A stretch of DNA of 62,934 bases, the filler included, from Thraustochytrium aureum (lineage: Eukaryota): NCBI GenBank assembly GCA_012862495.1. It is 5 parts of 3 records of this genome, joined end to end, with 100 filler letters (N's around TTAATTAATTAA, not from the genome) between each part and the next. Parts side by side here need not be neighbours in the genome. Positions count along the whole stretch, not along the records: positions 1 to 28,518 come from BLSG01000180.1; 4 more parts are not named here. The stretch is one strand, 5' to 3'. The position numbers and the translations under genes are program-made. The notes below the pieces were generated by a model. The model did no database searches, was not told the DNA's origin, and saw only the letters and a list, made by a program, of their open reading frames with translations. Positions 1 to 11,598 of the stretch are shown here, piece after piece. Positions within the stretch are counted from its first letter, which is position 1. Each line of letters starts with the position of its first letter.

Positions 1-2
1 GT

Positions 3-374
3 GCCGGCGTCATCCCAACGCCGCCAGCCCCTGTGGGTGCTGGAGGCGAAGGCGGCGCTGGCTCCTCCGAAACGGAGGGCGGCCTGCCCGTTGCGGCTAT
101 TGTGGGCGGCGCCGCCTTCGCCGTGGTCGCGGTTGGTGCCTTTGCTTACAAGCGCCGCTCCAGTGGCTCGCAGACTGCGACGTCGCCGATGGCGCCGGGC
201 GGCCAGGCCATGACCAACCAGCGTTTCGGCGGCTACGACGCGGAGCAGGGCGGCGCGCCGTACGGCCAACAGCAGTATGGCTACGGCCAGCAGCAGGGCT
301 ATGGCCAGCAGCAGTATGGCAACAGCCAGCAGCAGGGCTATGGCCAGCAGAAGGGCTACGGCAACCCGTACTAG
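3..374 (+). CDS. 3' end of a single-pass membrane protein with a Gln/Gly/Tyr-rich cytoplasmic tail (5' end lies outside the window)
   Basis: Open frame ...GLPVAAIVGGAAFAVVAVGAFAY (hydrophobic helix), KRR stop-transfer, then repeated GYGQQQ ending GNPY-TAG. Confidence 0.7.
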   Translation, partial: AGVIPTPPAPVGAGGEGGAGSSETEGGLPVAAIVGGAAFAVVAVGAFAYKRRSSGSQTATSPMAPGGQAMTNQRFGGYDAEQGGAPYGQQQYGYGQQQGYGQQQYGNSQQQGYGQQKGYGNPY

Positions 375-1116
375 GTGGCTTGCTCTCGGTTGCTGGGCCA
401 GCGCTACAAGATGTACTACTCCTAATTTCTAACCCAACTTCCGTGACGTGTTCCCCAAACGCGAGGCAGCTCCCAGCAGAAGCGCGAGGCAGCTCCCAGC
501 AGCCTCCTCGGGGCGGGCAACTCGTGCAAGACCGCACGACGTCACCTCGGAGCTCAGGCAGACGTTGCGGCAGACGAGACTCGCCAGCAGTTGAGGATGA
601 TGTTGGGATGACGGACATCTGGATGTCTTTTGCGCCAATCCCAACAGCCAAATCAAACCCGTTCTTGCCCTGCCTGGGGCGAACGCAAAGGTGAACTTTA
701 GGTTCCCTGCACCATGGAGCGGTGGCTCGCGCACAGCGGACAAGTCGGATCCTCCTTGGCCCATGCCTCGAGCCGCCATCATCGTGGAGTTTGCACTCGA
801 AGTACCAGGCTTCTTCGGAAACAAACCGCGGGCGGGCTCGTGGCCTCGGCATCTCGGCGTGGACGACCTTGCGCAACAAGCATCTCCTTCAAACTTGCGC
901 AACAAGCATCATGGTTGGTGCTCGCCAAACTCCCGCGGGTCGCGTCCGGTGAGAGGATCTTTTTGTGCCTTCTTCACGCGTTGGGGGGCACTTGCCCACG
1001 CATCCTCCCACAATCGCCATATATACCTCGTGACAGGAATACAGAAAAACCGGCAACGAATTGCCGGCAGGCCAGCATGCAATGGCCCACAACCGGAGGC
1101 GGCAGAGCACGGTCGT

Positions 1117-1154
1117 TCGATCGATCGATTGATCGATCGATCGATCGATCGATC
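1117..1154. repeat. (GATC)n microsatellite, self-complementary
   Basis: tcgatcgatcgattgatcgatcgatcgatcgatcgatc. Confidence 0.9.
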
Positions 1155-1449
1155 ACAGGCCAAGCCAGACACCAATCTGTCACTCCATCACCCCATCTCA
1201 TCCCATCCATCCATCAACCGATCAGGCAGACGAAGCAGCAGACGGAGCAGCAGCGAGAGCGGCAGAGGCAGTCGGCGGCGGCGGACGTCGAAGCTGGGAC
1301 CGCTGCGAGCTGGAACAAGGTGAGTTTGTTTTTGTTTGGGTCGAACGAACACGGGCGGGGGAACGGAGCGCTGACGGACAGCCAGGCTGCACATGGACGA
1401 GGCCGGAAGCGCTCAGGTCGCCAAGAAAGCGAGGATTGAGGAAACCAGG

Positions 1450-1809
1450 ATGAAGAGCTTTGTTGAGGTCCAGCCCGAGTCGCACTTCCCCCTGCAAAAC
1501 CTCCCCTATGGCGTGTTTCGCCCCGAGTAAGTCGGCTTGCACTGCCGCCAGGCCCGATGGGCTGGCGCGCCCCTCGCTGCTGCCGGCTCCTCAACTGACT
1601 CGCCCGCGGTCGCTAGAGCCGGCGACGCGCCCCGGGTCGGCGTGGCCCTAGGCGAAATGGTTGTGGACCTGTCGGAGCTGCACAAAGCCGGTCTTTTCAG
1701 CGGATTCGACTCCGCATGCTTTTGCGAGCCGGCGCTCAACACTTTCATGGGCCTGGGCAAAGGCGCCTGGGACTCGGCTCGCGCCACCCTGCTCAAAGTC
1801 CTCGCCGAA
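1450..1809 (+). CDS. FAH: Fumarylacetoacetase, 5' part (exon 1450-1526, intron 1527-1616, exon 1617 to gap)
   Basis: Spliced read MKSFVEVQPESHFPLQNLPYGVFRPE-AGDAPRVGVALGEMVVDLSEL...ALNTFMGLGKGAWDSARATL matches the FAH N-terminus (FPIQNLPYGVF, RIGVAIGD, LNxFMGLG). Intron has GTAAGT donor, CTGAC branch point, TAG acceptor and keeps the frame. Confidence 0.9.
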
Positions 1810-2605
1810 NNNNNNNNNNNNNNNNNNNNNNNNNNNNNNNNNNNNNNNNNNNNNNNNNNNNNNNNNNNNNNNNNNNNNNNNNNNNNNNNNNNNNNNNNNN
1901 NNNNNNNNNNNNNNNNNNNNNNNNNNNNNNNNNNNNNNNNNNNNNNNNNNNNNNNNNNNNNNNNNNNNNNNNNNNNNNNNNNNNNNNNNNNNNNNNNNNN
2001 NNNNNNNNNNNNNNNNNNNNNNNNNNNNNNNNNNNNNNNNNNNNNNNNNNNNNNNNNNNNNNNNNNNNNNNNNNNNNNNNNNNNNNNNNNNNNNNNNNNN
2101 NNNNNNNNNNNNNNNNNNNNNNNNNNNNNNNNNNNNNNNNNNNNNNNNNNNNNNNNNNNNNNNNNNNNNNNNNNNNNNNNNNNNNNNNNNNNNNNNNNNN
2201 NNNNNNNNNNNNNNNNNNNNNNNNNNNNNNNNNNNNNNNNNNNNNNNNNNNNNNNNNNNNNNNNNNNNNNNNNNNNNNNNNNNNNNNNNNNNNNNNNNNN
2301 NNNNNNNNNNNNNNNNNNNNNNNNNNNNNNNNNNNNNNNNNNNNNNNNNNNNNNNNNNNNNNNNNNNNNNNNNNNNNNNNNNNNNNNNNNNNNNNNNNNN
2401 NNNNNNNNNNNNNNNNNNNNNNNNNNNNNNNNNNNNNNNNNNNNNNNNNNNNNNNNNNNNNNNNNNNNNNNNNNNNNNNNNNNNNNNNNNNNNNNNNNNN
2501 NNNNNNNNNNNNNNNNNNNNNNNNNNNNNNNNNNNNNNNNNNNNNNNNNNNNNNNNNNNNNNNNNNNNNNNNNNNNNNNNNNNNNNNNNNNNNNNNNNNN
2601 NNNNN

Positions 2606-4332
2606 NGCTTCGCGTCTTTCAGCTTGAACGTGTCCAAAAACCTCGAAGCGACTGCTGCGCGCTCCTCCGGCTTGGCAAACTGGCGCATGTACTCTGTCCG
2701 CGCCACAAACCCAGGGCTGATCTCGGCGCTAAACAAATGGTGCTTGTGGCCTGCTTGGCCGGGCTTGAGCGAGTACGCAGGCCGCAGCGCGCTTTTCCTG
2801 TCTCTCTCGCGGAGCTCGCGCTCGGCTGCCTTTTGCGCCTCAGAGGCATCAAACCCGCAGTAGCGACCCTCGTACTCGGTCACAAACCCGGGCTTCATGT
2901 CGTCGCTGTCGAGTACAAGCGGCTCGTTGCGTTTTTCGAGCTTGGAGCGCGGCTCAAAGTGGTCGTACTCGACGTTGTACTCTGTCACCATCGGGTCGAT
3001 GGGCCGGATCGGCTTGCTGCGAGGAGAAGGCACGGATCCGGGGTCGAGCCCACTCGTGTCACCGGCGTGACAAAACCTGTCGCGGTACTCAGTTCGAAGC
3101 CCGTCCCAGCCAATCTGCGGCTCCGCCGCACCAGAGGCGCTGCGCGAGCTCCGCTCGCGTGGCTCGGCAAGCGCGTCCAGCGCCGCTTTGCGCCGTTTCA
3201 AGCCCTCCTCAAGCTCTGCCGCTTGCGCTGCGGCTCGGAGCTCGCCCTCTCGCTCGAGGCGATCTTTGGGGAGGAACGAAGCTCTGTATTCGGAAAGGCC
3301 GAGCGCGAGATGGGCGGTCGAGCCGGCGCTGCCTTGTTCCATTGCGAGATTGAGGCCGCTGCCAGGGCGTGGCGGAACGCCCGCGGCGCGCTGCGCTCTG
3401 ACGCGGTCGAGGTCCGCAGTTTGGATCGGGCGGTATGACGAATCGTACACTGTCGCATCCTGGTCTGGCGGGAGGCGCCTGGCTCGCGTGACATCGCGAT
3501 TCAATGCCGGGTCCCGAAACTTGGCGTCGTACTCGGACTCGAACAAACCGCCCCCTGTCGAGCCGTATAGCCTGTTCATCTCCTCGACGAAGGTAGATCG
3601 CAAGGCCGCCAGCTGGGCCGCGTCAGGCTCGGGCGCAGGAGGTGGGGCGCCTTCTTGCTCGAGGTCGATCGTCTCCGGCGGAGAGTGTGCACGAGATAGC
3701 GCGCGAAACCCTGCCGGTGGCGCCACGAAGCGCGCCCGAGTTTCGCTGAGCACGTTGCCCAGCGGTGTCTTGGTGGCCCAGGGGGCCTTGACGCTCTCCT
3801 CCCCAGCGGTGTGCCCTTTGACGTGACGCTTGTAAGAAGACCGCTTGTCTTGGTACGTGTCGAGGGGGCTCATCTCGAGTAGCTCGCGCGCGTGTGGGTC
3901 TTTCATCGTGTCCTCGTCGGCGTGGAGGCCGCCGTTCCACCACGAAAGCCGCTCGATTGGGTGGCTTTCGTGTGGGCGCGAGCCGTACACTCCCTCGGGA
4001 GGAGCCCTGAACTTGGCGTCGTACTCGGATTCTAGCGTTGTCGTAAAGTCCGTCCATAGTGTTGCGAATGCGTCCCGCGCCTCCTTCACAGGCTCGTCAT
4101 GGACGACCTCCTGCGTGCGCGCCATCTTGGCGACTCGCTCAAGCCGCCGGCCCGCAGCTCTTGAGGTATCCAGGTCGGTGATGCGCGGCTCTTCGTTATT
4201 GCGCTTCCCAGGCGAAAGGCGTCCAGCCCTGACGACATCAACCTGCCGCTGGCCGCCGTCCGCTTGGCTCACCACCATGGTGGCCGCCCGATTCGCCGCA
4301 GGCGAAAAGAACAAAGCCGGGCGCTCCGACAT
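2606..4332 (-). CDS. SAXO/FAM154/MAP6-like protein with repeated Mn-type motifs (probable axonemal microtubule inner protein); 3' end in gap
   Basis: Long ORF with recurring [ST]-E-Y-x3-[FY] motifs: ESEYDAKF x2, LSEYRASF, RTEYRDRF, VTEYNVEY, VTEYEGRY, RTEYMRQF, TVYDSSY. Confidence 0.6.
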
Positions 4333-4835
4333 TGTCCACGAGCCTGCCCAGCCTTCTCCGGCCTGCAGCGTCTTCGCCTGAACCGAGCGTGGCCCCAAAC
4401 CCAGCCCTTCCGACTCGAGCGAGACTTTCGACGACGAGGACCTCGCCACACAGCTCGCCGAGCAGGCGCTCGCAAGGCAGCCAATCTGCCAGTCTGCCAA
4501 TCAACCTGCCAATGCCTGAGCCAGGCCCTCGACGTCGCGCACTCTCGATGCTGGTCTGCTCCGATCTGGATGGGAGTCTGTCTGGTCTGCTCTGGTCTGC
4601 CAGTTGTTCTCGTTGTTGTTCTTGCTGTTGTTGTCTGAGCACAACCACCGCCACTCGAATTACGCGCAGAGCGGCATACTCGAGTCGCCGCTGGAGCAGG
4701 TTGACGGTTTGGCCACTCGGACTTGGCGCAGGGGCCTGGCCCTGGGCGGGCGAGTTGATGCGCGAGGGCGGGCGTGCCTGCGTGCATGTCTGCGATGGGT
4801 TGGTTGCTGGATGCGCACCGGCTGGCTGGCTTGTG

Positions 4836-4885
4836 ATGGATGGATGGATGGATGGATGGATGGATGGATGATGGATGAATGGATG
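4836..4885. repeat. (GATG)n microsatellite
   Basis: gatggatggatggatg... run. Confidence 0.9.
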
Positions 4886-5423
4886 TGGTTTATACGGGGC
4901 GCATGCTCGCCGACCCTGCTCTGCTGCGGGTTGTCGCAGAGCGCGTTCCTGGGCTCGGCGATGGGGTGTTGGCCCTTGGCTGCCGGGCGGGATGCTGGCT
5001 GCAGATTGCGCTTGTCAAGAGGTGGCGTTGCTGGCGCAGTCGCAAGCCACGGCCTCTGCCGTCGGACGCTCGCGACCTCAACCAGGCCGAGTCGGCGATT
5101 GAGCGCCGAGCGCACGCCTCGAGTGCGGAGGAACAAGAGCGAAATTAAGATACGTAGATGGCCCGTCACAAACTANNNNNNNNNNNNNNNNNNNNNNNNN
5201 NNNNNNNNNNNNNNNNNNNNNNNNNNNNNNNNNNNNNNNNNNNNNNNNNNNNNNNNNNNNNNNNNNNNNNNNNNNNNNNNNNNNNNNNNNNNNNNNNNNN
5301 NNNNNNNNNNNNNNNNNNNNNNNNNNNNNNNNNNNNNNNNNNNNNNNNNNNNNNNCCCTCTCGAAAGCCCAACATCCCGCTACAACCCCTCGTCGTCGAC
5401 TTTGGCAGCGCTCTCGATAAAAG

Positions 5424-8400
5424 CTAAGGCGCCGCGTGGGCGCTGTCCTCGTCCTCGTCCTGAAAGTGAAGCTGCGACTGCAAAAACTGCGGCTGCGTGT
5501 ACTGCGTCCCATCGTGCTGCTGCGTATACATGCCGTAGCCGTGACCCATGTGCGAACCTTGCGAGGGTGCAAAGCCCTGCGTCGAGTCGCGCTGCGTCAG
5601 AGGTGCTCCGCCCTGAGTCTGCATTTGAGAATAGAGCATATTCTGCGTGAGCGGTGCCATGTCTTGCACTGGAGGCGGCAATGCATAGTCGAAATCGCCA
5701 TACCCTCGGTATTGTTGTTGAATCGGCTGGGGCGGCAGTGCGACCGACCCCATCGGACCCGCCCCACCGAACATCATGCTTTGCTGCGGCGGCAGCGGCA
5801 CATGCGGCATCGGAACCATGGGGCCGTGCAAAGCCGCAGCGTGGTCTTGCACTGGGAGCTCGTGCGTCTCACCCCCGTACCGAGGGTCGTGGCGAGAGTC
5901 GAGCTCAGTTTCCTGCATCCTGGCCGCCCGCTCGCCGAAAGGGTTGTTGGCATCGCCGGAGAACGGAGCCGTAAGCCGTTCGGCGAGCTTACGTTGGCGC
6001 CGGTCGGGGTAGAAACGAAGCCCCTTGGGCAGCTTGACCAGGCTGGGTTGCAGGTTCGCCAAGGCGCCCTCGCACAAAAGGCCCCGGTTCTGGAAGTGCG
6101 TCAGCAAAGCGCACCACAGCGGGCGCTTGGCGAGGACGCGTGGGTTGCCAAGAATGATCACACCGAAGCGCGCCCGGGTCAAGGCGACGTTGAGGCGGCG
6201 TGGGTCGTTGAGAAACCCGATGCCCTGCTTTTCGTTGGAGCGGACGCACGAGAGGATGATAAAGTCCTTCTCTCGGCCCTGGAAAGCGTCCACGGAGGAG
6301 ACCTCGACATCGCGGTACTGACCCTGCTTGAGCGGTCCATGTCGCTGCAAGTGCAAAATGATATACTGGCGCTGGCCTTCGTACGGCGTGACAACGCCGA
6401 TCTGGTCTGCGGTTGCGCCGCCGCGCAAGAGCGCCGTGACGACACGCTCGCAGTTGGTTGCTTCCGTCCTGTTCAAGTACGACGTCCCCGTTGCTGCAAG
6501 CTCCTCCACGCCAGTGCTCGAATAAAAGAGCATGGGCTTGTCCGGGTTTGGCCAAGGAAACGTGATGGACTCGAGCGCGCGGTCGTTCTCGCTGACCCCG
6601 TTCTCGAGCGAGCCTTCGTAAAACGTGTTGCTTGGAAACTCTGACAGGCACGGGTGCATGCGGTACTGAACCGTGAGGCGCGTGGGGCGGATCCCCAAGG
6701 TCACCAGGCGCTCGAACAGCGACGTGTTGAGGCCTGCTTGCGCCGCCCGTTTGCACATCACGACAGGGCCCAACTGGCAGTGGTCGCCGACGAGGACGAA
6801 TTGCCGGCACCCTTTCACGATGGGGATTAAGCTTTCCGGCTCGGTGGCTTGCGTCGCCTCGTCCAGCAGGACGTGGTGAAAGGTCATAACGGCAAGCCTC
6901 GAATCGCCGGCGCCTGAGCAGGTGCAGCACACCACCTCTGCGGCATTGAGCACCTGCCGCTCCAGGATCGTGCGCAGACGCTGCAGTTTGCGCATGTCGG
7001 CAGCGCTGAGCTGATTGCCAGAGGCGTCCTTGCGGGCTAAAAGTGCGGCCAGCTCGGCCGAAGTGGCCCCGCCGAGGTTTACGATGATGTGGTGCAGCGT
7101 GAGGTGTTCTACCTCGCTGTCCAGGTGCTCGCGCGACTTTGCGGTCATCCGCACCACGCGCAGCCCTGCGAGGTGCAGCTTGGCGGTAAGCTGGTCAACT
7201 GCCACGTTGCTCGGGGCGCAAACGAGGACCTTGGCCCCCTTGTTCTGGCGCACCATGTGGTAGATGAGCGACGCCGACGTCACGGTCTTGCCAGTCCCCG
7301 GCGGGCCCTGGATCAGCGCCAGCTGCTCGGGGAGCACGCGCCGAATCGCCTCGGCTTGCGACTCGTTGAGCTCGGGCAAGCCTTTGACACTAATCCGCGC
7401 CGGCACCTGGACTGGCAGGCACCTCTTCTCGACGGTGTGGCCCATGAGGCGATGGTACAGGTACCCCGAAAGCGATTTGTCCTGGTCAGCAAAGGCCTTG
7501 AGGGCACCGAGCATGCGGTCGAATGTGATGGGCTTCCACACAAACGACAGGCTATACCCTGACTCGACGTGCAGCGGTATGTTGCTGTTGCTCCGGAGCT
7601 CGAGCCAGATCTCGCCATCATCGTCGATCTGCACGACGGTGCCAGTGCCCTCCCAGTCGCGCTTCCCACCGCCGCCCCCCGTCCTGCTAGCCCCCTTTGG
7701 CTTCGCAGTCCCCGGCTTGCCGCGATTCTTGATTCTAAGTGCGCCAGGGCCCGAGCCCCTTCCGCGCGCTGCCCTCCCGCGGCCGCGGCCCATGCTACTC
7801 GCACTAGATTCCGCGCCAGAGGCGCCGCCGGCGAGGCGCGCGGCGTCGTCGGCGCCCAGCTTTGTTTGGCGCTGCTGCTGCTGTTGCTGCTGCGACGAAC
7901 CGGGCCCAGGTTCAGCAGGATCGCCGATCAAGGCCTTGCTCAGGGATAGCTGTAGCTCGTCGCCGATTGTGATCCGCAGAGTCTCAGACATGGCTTGAGT
8001 GAACCGCAGAATGGCGATCACTCGGCCCGTGACATCGCTGACTTTCCAGCGCAGCGTGATCCCGTCCTCCTTCATCTGGTCTTTCATTTCGCGGTCGTAG
8101 TCGGCCTCGAGCTGCACAAGCGGCGCGAGGACGCGCTTATACTCAAATCCGTCCGTGTAGTGCAGCTTGACGCGCTCGACGTCGTCCTCCTCGTCGGGCC
8201 GCTCCAAGTCGCCCACGTCGGCGCTCGGCTTTGTCTTCCAGGCCTCCTCGAGCATGTTGATTTGGGCGGTGGAGATTGCCTTGGCGGCCTCGACGTCATT
8301 GTCGGCGTCGGGGATTTTTACCAACCACGGCACGAGGCGCCGATCCTCGATGAGCGCCGTCCACGACTCCATGTTCCAGCTGTACACTTTGAGGTCTTCG

Positions 8401-8973
8401 ACGCTCATGCAGTTGCGGCACAGCAAGACGACCGTTTCTTGCTCTGAAGCGTGCAGGAAGCCCATGGTGAAAACGTTGCGATTTGAGCAGTTGAAGCACT
8501 CGATCACCGTCGCCCCGAGCGGGCTCTCGGGGTGGAGGCAGACCTCTTTGTTTTTCGACCGGACCAGGTGGTGCACGATGTGGGAGGCGGTTGTGTCGCC
8601 GCTGCTGTTGCAAAACCACATGCCGCTCTCGAGGCACCGAACGACGGCTGCCGGGTCGGAAATGCCGCAGTACCTACAGGCGTGCTCCGGCAAGCCCTCG
8701 TCCTCTTCGTCGCCTTGCTCGTCTTCGTCTTCGCAGGGCTCCCCGTCCTCCTCCTCAAACTCGTCGTCAAACGCGTCGTCTGCGCCGTGCGCTCGCTCAC
8801 CGGCCGCGCCACCAAGTCCGAGCCAGTCCCCTCCGCTCCCAAACCCCTGCAGATTCACAGCCATTCCATCCGCGCCAACCGTGCCGGCGCTGTCCACGGC
8901 GACCACCTCCACGCCATGCCGCACCAAGACGACCTCGTCCTCCTCCTCCTCTTCCTCAAACACGAGTCCGTCA
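5424..8973 (-). CDS. UPF1: Regulator of nonsense transcripts 1 (SF1 RNA helicase); start in gap
   Basis: CH domain (LPEHACRYCGISDP...WFCN...SHIVHHLVRSKNKEVCLHPESPLG), QGPPGTGKT, APSNVAVD, DEATQ, VGDHCQLGP, QYRMHP, VDAFQGREKD, RRLNVALTRA, SQ/TQ-rich tail. Confidence 0.97.
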
Positions 8974-9932
8974 NNNNNNNNNNNNNNNNNNNNNNNNNNN
9001 NNNNNNNNNNNNNNNNNNNNNNNNNNNNNNNNNNNNNNNNNNNNNNNNNNNNNNNNNNNNNNNNNNNNNNNNNNNNNNNNNNNNNNNNNNNNNNNNNNNN
9101 NNNNNNNNNNNNNNNNNNNNNNNNNNNNNNNNNNNNNNNNNNNNNNNNNNNNNNNNNNNNNNNNNNNNNNNNNNNNNNNNNNNNNNNNNNNNNNNNNNNN
9201 NNNNNNNNNNNNNNNNNNNNNNNNNNNNNNNNNNNNNNNNNNNNNNNNNNNNNNNNNNNNNNNNNNNNNNNNNNNNNNNNNNNNNNNNNNNNNNNNNNNN
9301 NNNNNNNNNNNNNNNNNNNNNNNNNNNNNNNNNNNNNNNNNNNNNNNNNNNNNNNNNNNNNNNNNNNNNNNNNNNNNNNNNNNNNNNNNNNNNNNNNNNN
9401 NNNNNNNNNNNNNNNNNNNNNNNNNNNNNNNNNNNNNNNNNNNNNNNNNNNNNNNNNNNNNNNNNNNNNNNNNNNNNNNNNNNNNNNNNNNNNNNNNNNN
9501 NNNNNNNNNNNNNNNNNNNNNNNNNNNNNNNNNNNNNNNNNNNNNNNNNNNNNNNNNNNNNNNNNNNNNNNNNNNNNNNNNNNNNNNNNNNNNNNNNNNN
9601 NNNNNNNNNNNNNNNNNNNNNNNNNNNNNNNNNNNNNNNNNNNNNNNNNNNNNNNNNNNNNNNNNNNNNNNNNNNNNNNNNNNNNNNNNNNNNNNNNNNN
9701 NNNNNNNNNNNNNNNNNNNNNNNNNNNNNNNNNNNNNNNNNNNNNNNNNNNNNNNNNNNNNNNNNNNNNNNNNNNNNNNNNNNNNNNNNNNNNNNNNNNN
9801 NNNNNNNNNNNNNNNNNNNNNNNNNNNNNNNNNNNNNNNNNNNNNNNNNNNNNNNNNNNNNNNNNNNNNNNNNNNNNNNNNNNNNNNNNNNNNNNNNNNN
9901 NNNNNNNNNNNNNNNNNNNNNNNNNNNNNNNN

Positions 9933-10848
9933 CGGAACAGGCAATGTGGCGGCTCGAACGCTTGCCAAGAAGGGCGCCACCGTGGTCATGCTAAACCGTG
10001 ACTCGGAGCGAGCGGAGGCGGCGCTCAAGGAAATCAAATCCGAGCACCCGAACAGCGATGTGCACTGGGTCGAGTGCGACCTAATGTCGCTGGAGAGCGT
10101 ACGCTCTGCTGCCGCCAAGGTCCGGCAGGAGTACCCCGCGGTTGACGTACTGGCCAATAACGCCGGGGTGATGGCTGTTCCGCGAAAGGACACCAAAGAC
10201 GGGTACGACGTGCAATTGCAAACCAATCACCTCGCGGGGTTTTTGCTGGCCAAAGAGCTGTACCCGTGCCTCAAAGCCGCAGCAGAGAAGCGCGGCGAGG
10301 CTCGAATTGTGCAGCAGACGTCGATCGCGCGCTTCGGCGAAAACCTGAAGGCCATGTACTTCGAGAAGAACCCTGGCGAGCTCGGCGGCGACGGGTGGGC
10401 TCTACAGAACGCGTTGATGCTCGGCGGGCGCTGGGTTCGCTACCAGCAGTCCAAGCTCGCGAACGCCGTCTTTACGTTTGCGCTCCGCGACAAGCTCAAC
10501 CAGGCTGGCGTGTCCGGGGTCAAGGCGCTCGTTGCGCACCCCGGCCTAAGCGCGACCAATCTGCAGAGTGTGACAGCGCAGTCGGGTGGGATGCAGAACG
10601 GGGTTCTGTCCAACATGTTGATGAAGATGTCTCAGAGCCCCGAGGACGGCGCGGCTGGCCTTTTATACTGCATGGCGATGCCCAACGTGCGCAACGGCGA
10701 CTTTTACGGGCCGGGCGCCAATATCTGGTCGTTCACGGGCGCGCCGCAGCTCTTGCAGCCGCGAGCGTGCGAGGACGATCCAGCGCAGCACGAACTCCTC
10801 TGGAAGGTTTCGGAAGACGCGGTTGGGGCATTCGATGTGACCAAGTAG
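9933..10848 (+). CDS. Short-chain dehydrogenase/reductase (retinol dehydrogenase/WWOX-like); start in gap
   Basis: End of glycine motif (GTG), CDLMSLESVR, NNAGVMA, DGYDVQLQTNHL, catalytic YQQSK, AHPG. Confidence 0.9.
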
Positions 10849-11191
10849 GCAGTCGCAAAAGGACGCCTTTCCTGTTCCGTGCGCACAGATCTGCTTGCGC
10901 ATCACAGTCACTTGGCACCGTGCTGAAAATGGCGCTGTTGAGGATGGCCAGCGCGGGCCTCGTGCCGTCGTTGGCCAGCGCGACGGTTGTTGACAACGAC
11001 GACCGCTGGTCATAATGTGTAGAGTAGAGTACTCTAGCTAGAGATAACAAGAACCAGGTTGCAGTGCCCAGAAGGCCTGGAAGGCTCGTTCGCTGCCCCT
11101 GACAGGCTGCGCTGCTCTCGAAATGGTCACGCAAGCGCTGCCGCGACACGCCGGTGCTCGCGTGCTCGGCAAGTCGGATGCAAGCTCTCGC

Positions 11192-11253
11192 CAACAGCAC
11201 CGACAGCAACAGCAACGCCTGGCAACAGCACCGACAGCAACAGCAACGCCTGG
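11192..11253 (+). repeat. 31-bp direct tandem duplication
   Basis: caacagcaccgacagcaacagcaacgcctgg x2. Confidence 0.9.
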
Positions 11254-11598
11254 CCCGTGCACGAGGCGGAGGGGGAGAGTGGGAGGGAGAGTCATCATGG
11301 AATGTTGTCGCGCAAAGCCGTAACGAACACATTGAACGCGTTGAACAGCGGACGAACAAAAGGAACTTACGAGTTTGGTTGCGGGTTGCGCGATCAGAAC
11401 AGAAGGGAGAGGGTGGGTCCTGCATGCCGAGGCCATGCCCGAGCAGACCCGATTCGACCATCCACCTGCCTGTCAGCTGCGCTGGCTGTCAGCTCGGGAG
11501 CGGCGCGAAAGTGCAAGTGCGCGCGGGCTAGGGTTTCGCGCAGACGCTGGTCAAGGACGCGTTGAGCAAGTGCGAAGGAGTCAGAGGAGGTGCGCAGC

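Noticed and set aside
380..1110. Overlapping ORFs and a 19-bp duplication (461-502) between the first gene and FAH
   Set aside because: No recognisable protein motifs. Typical GC-rich shadow ORFs.
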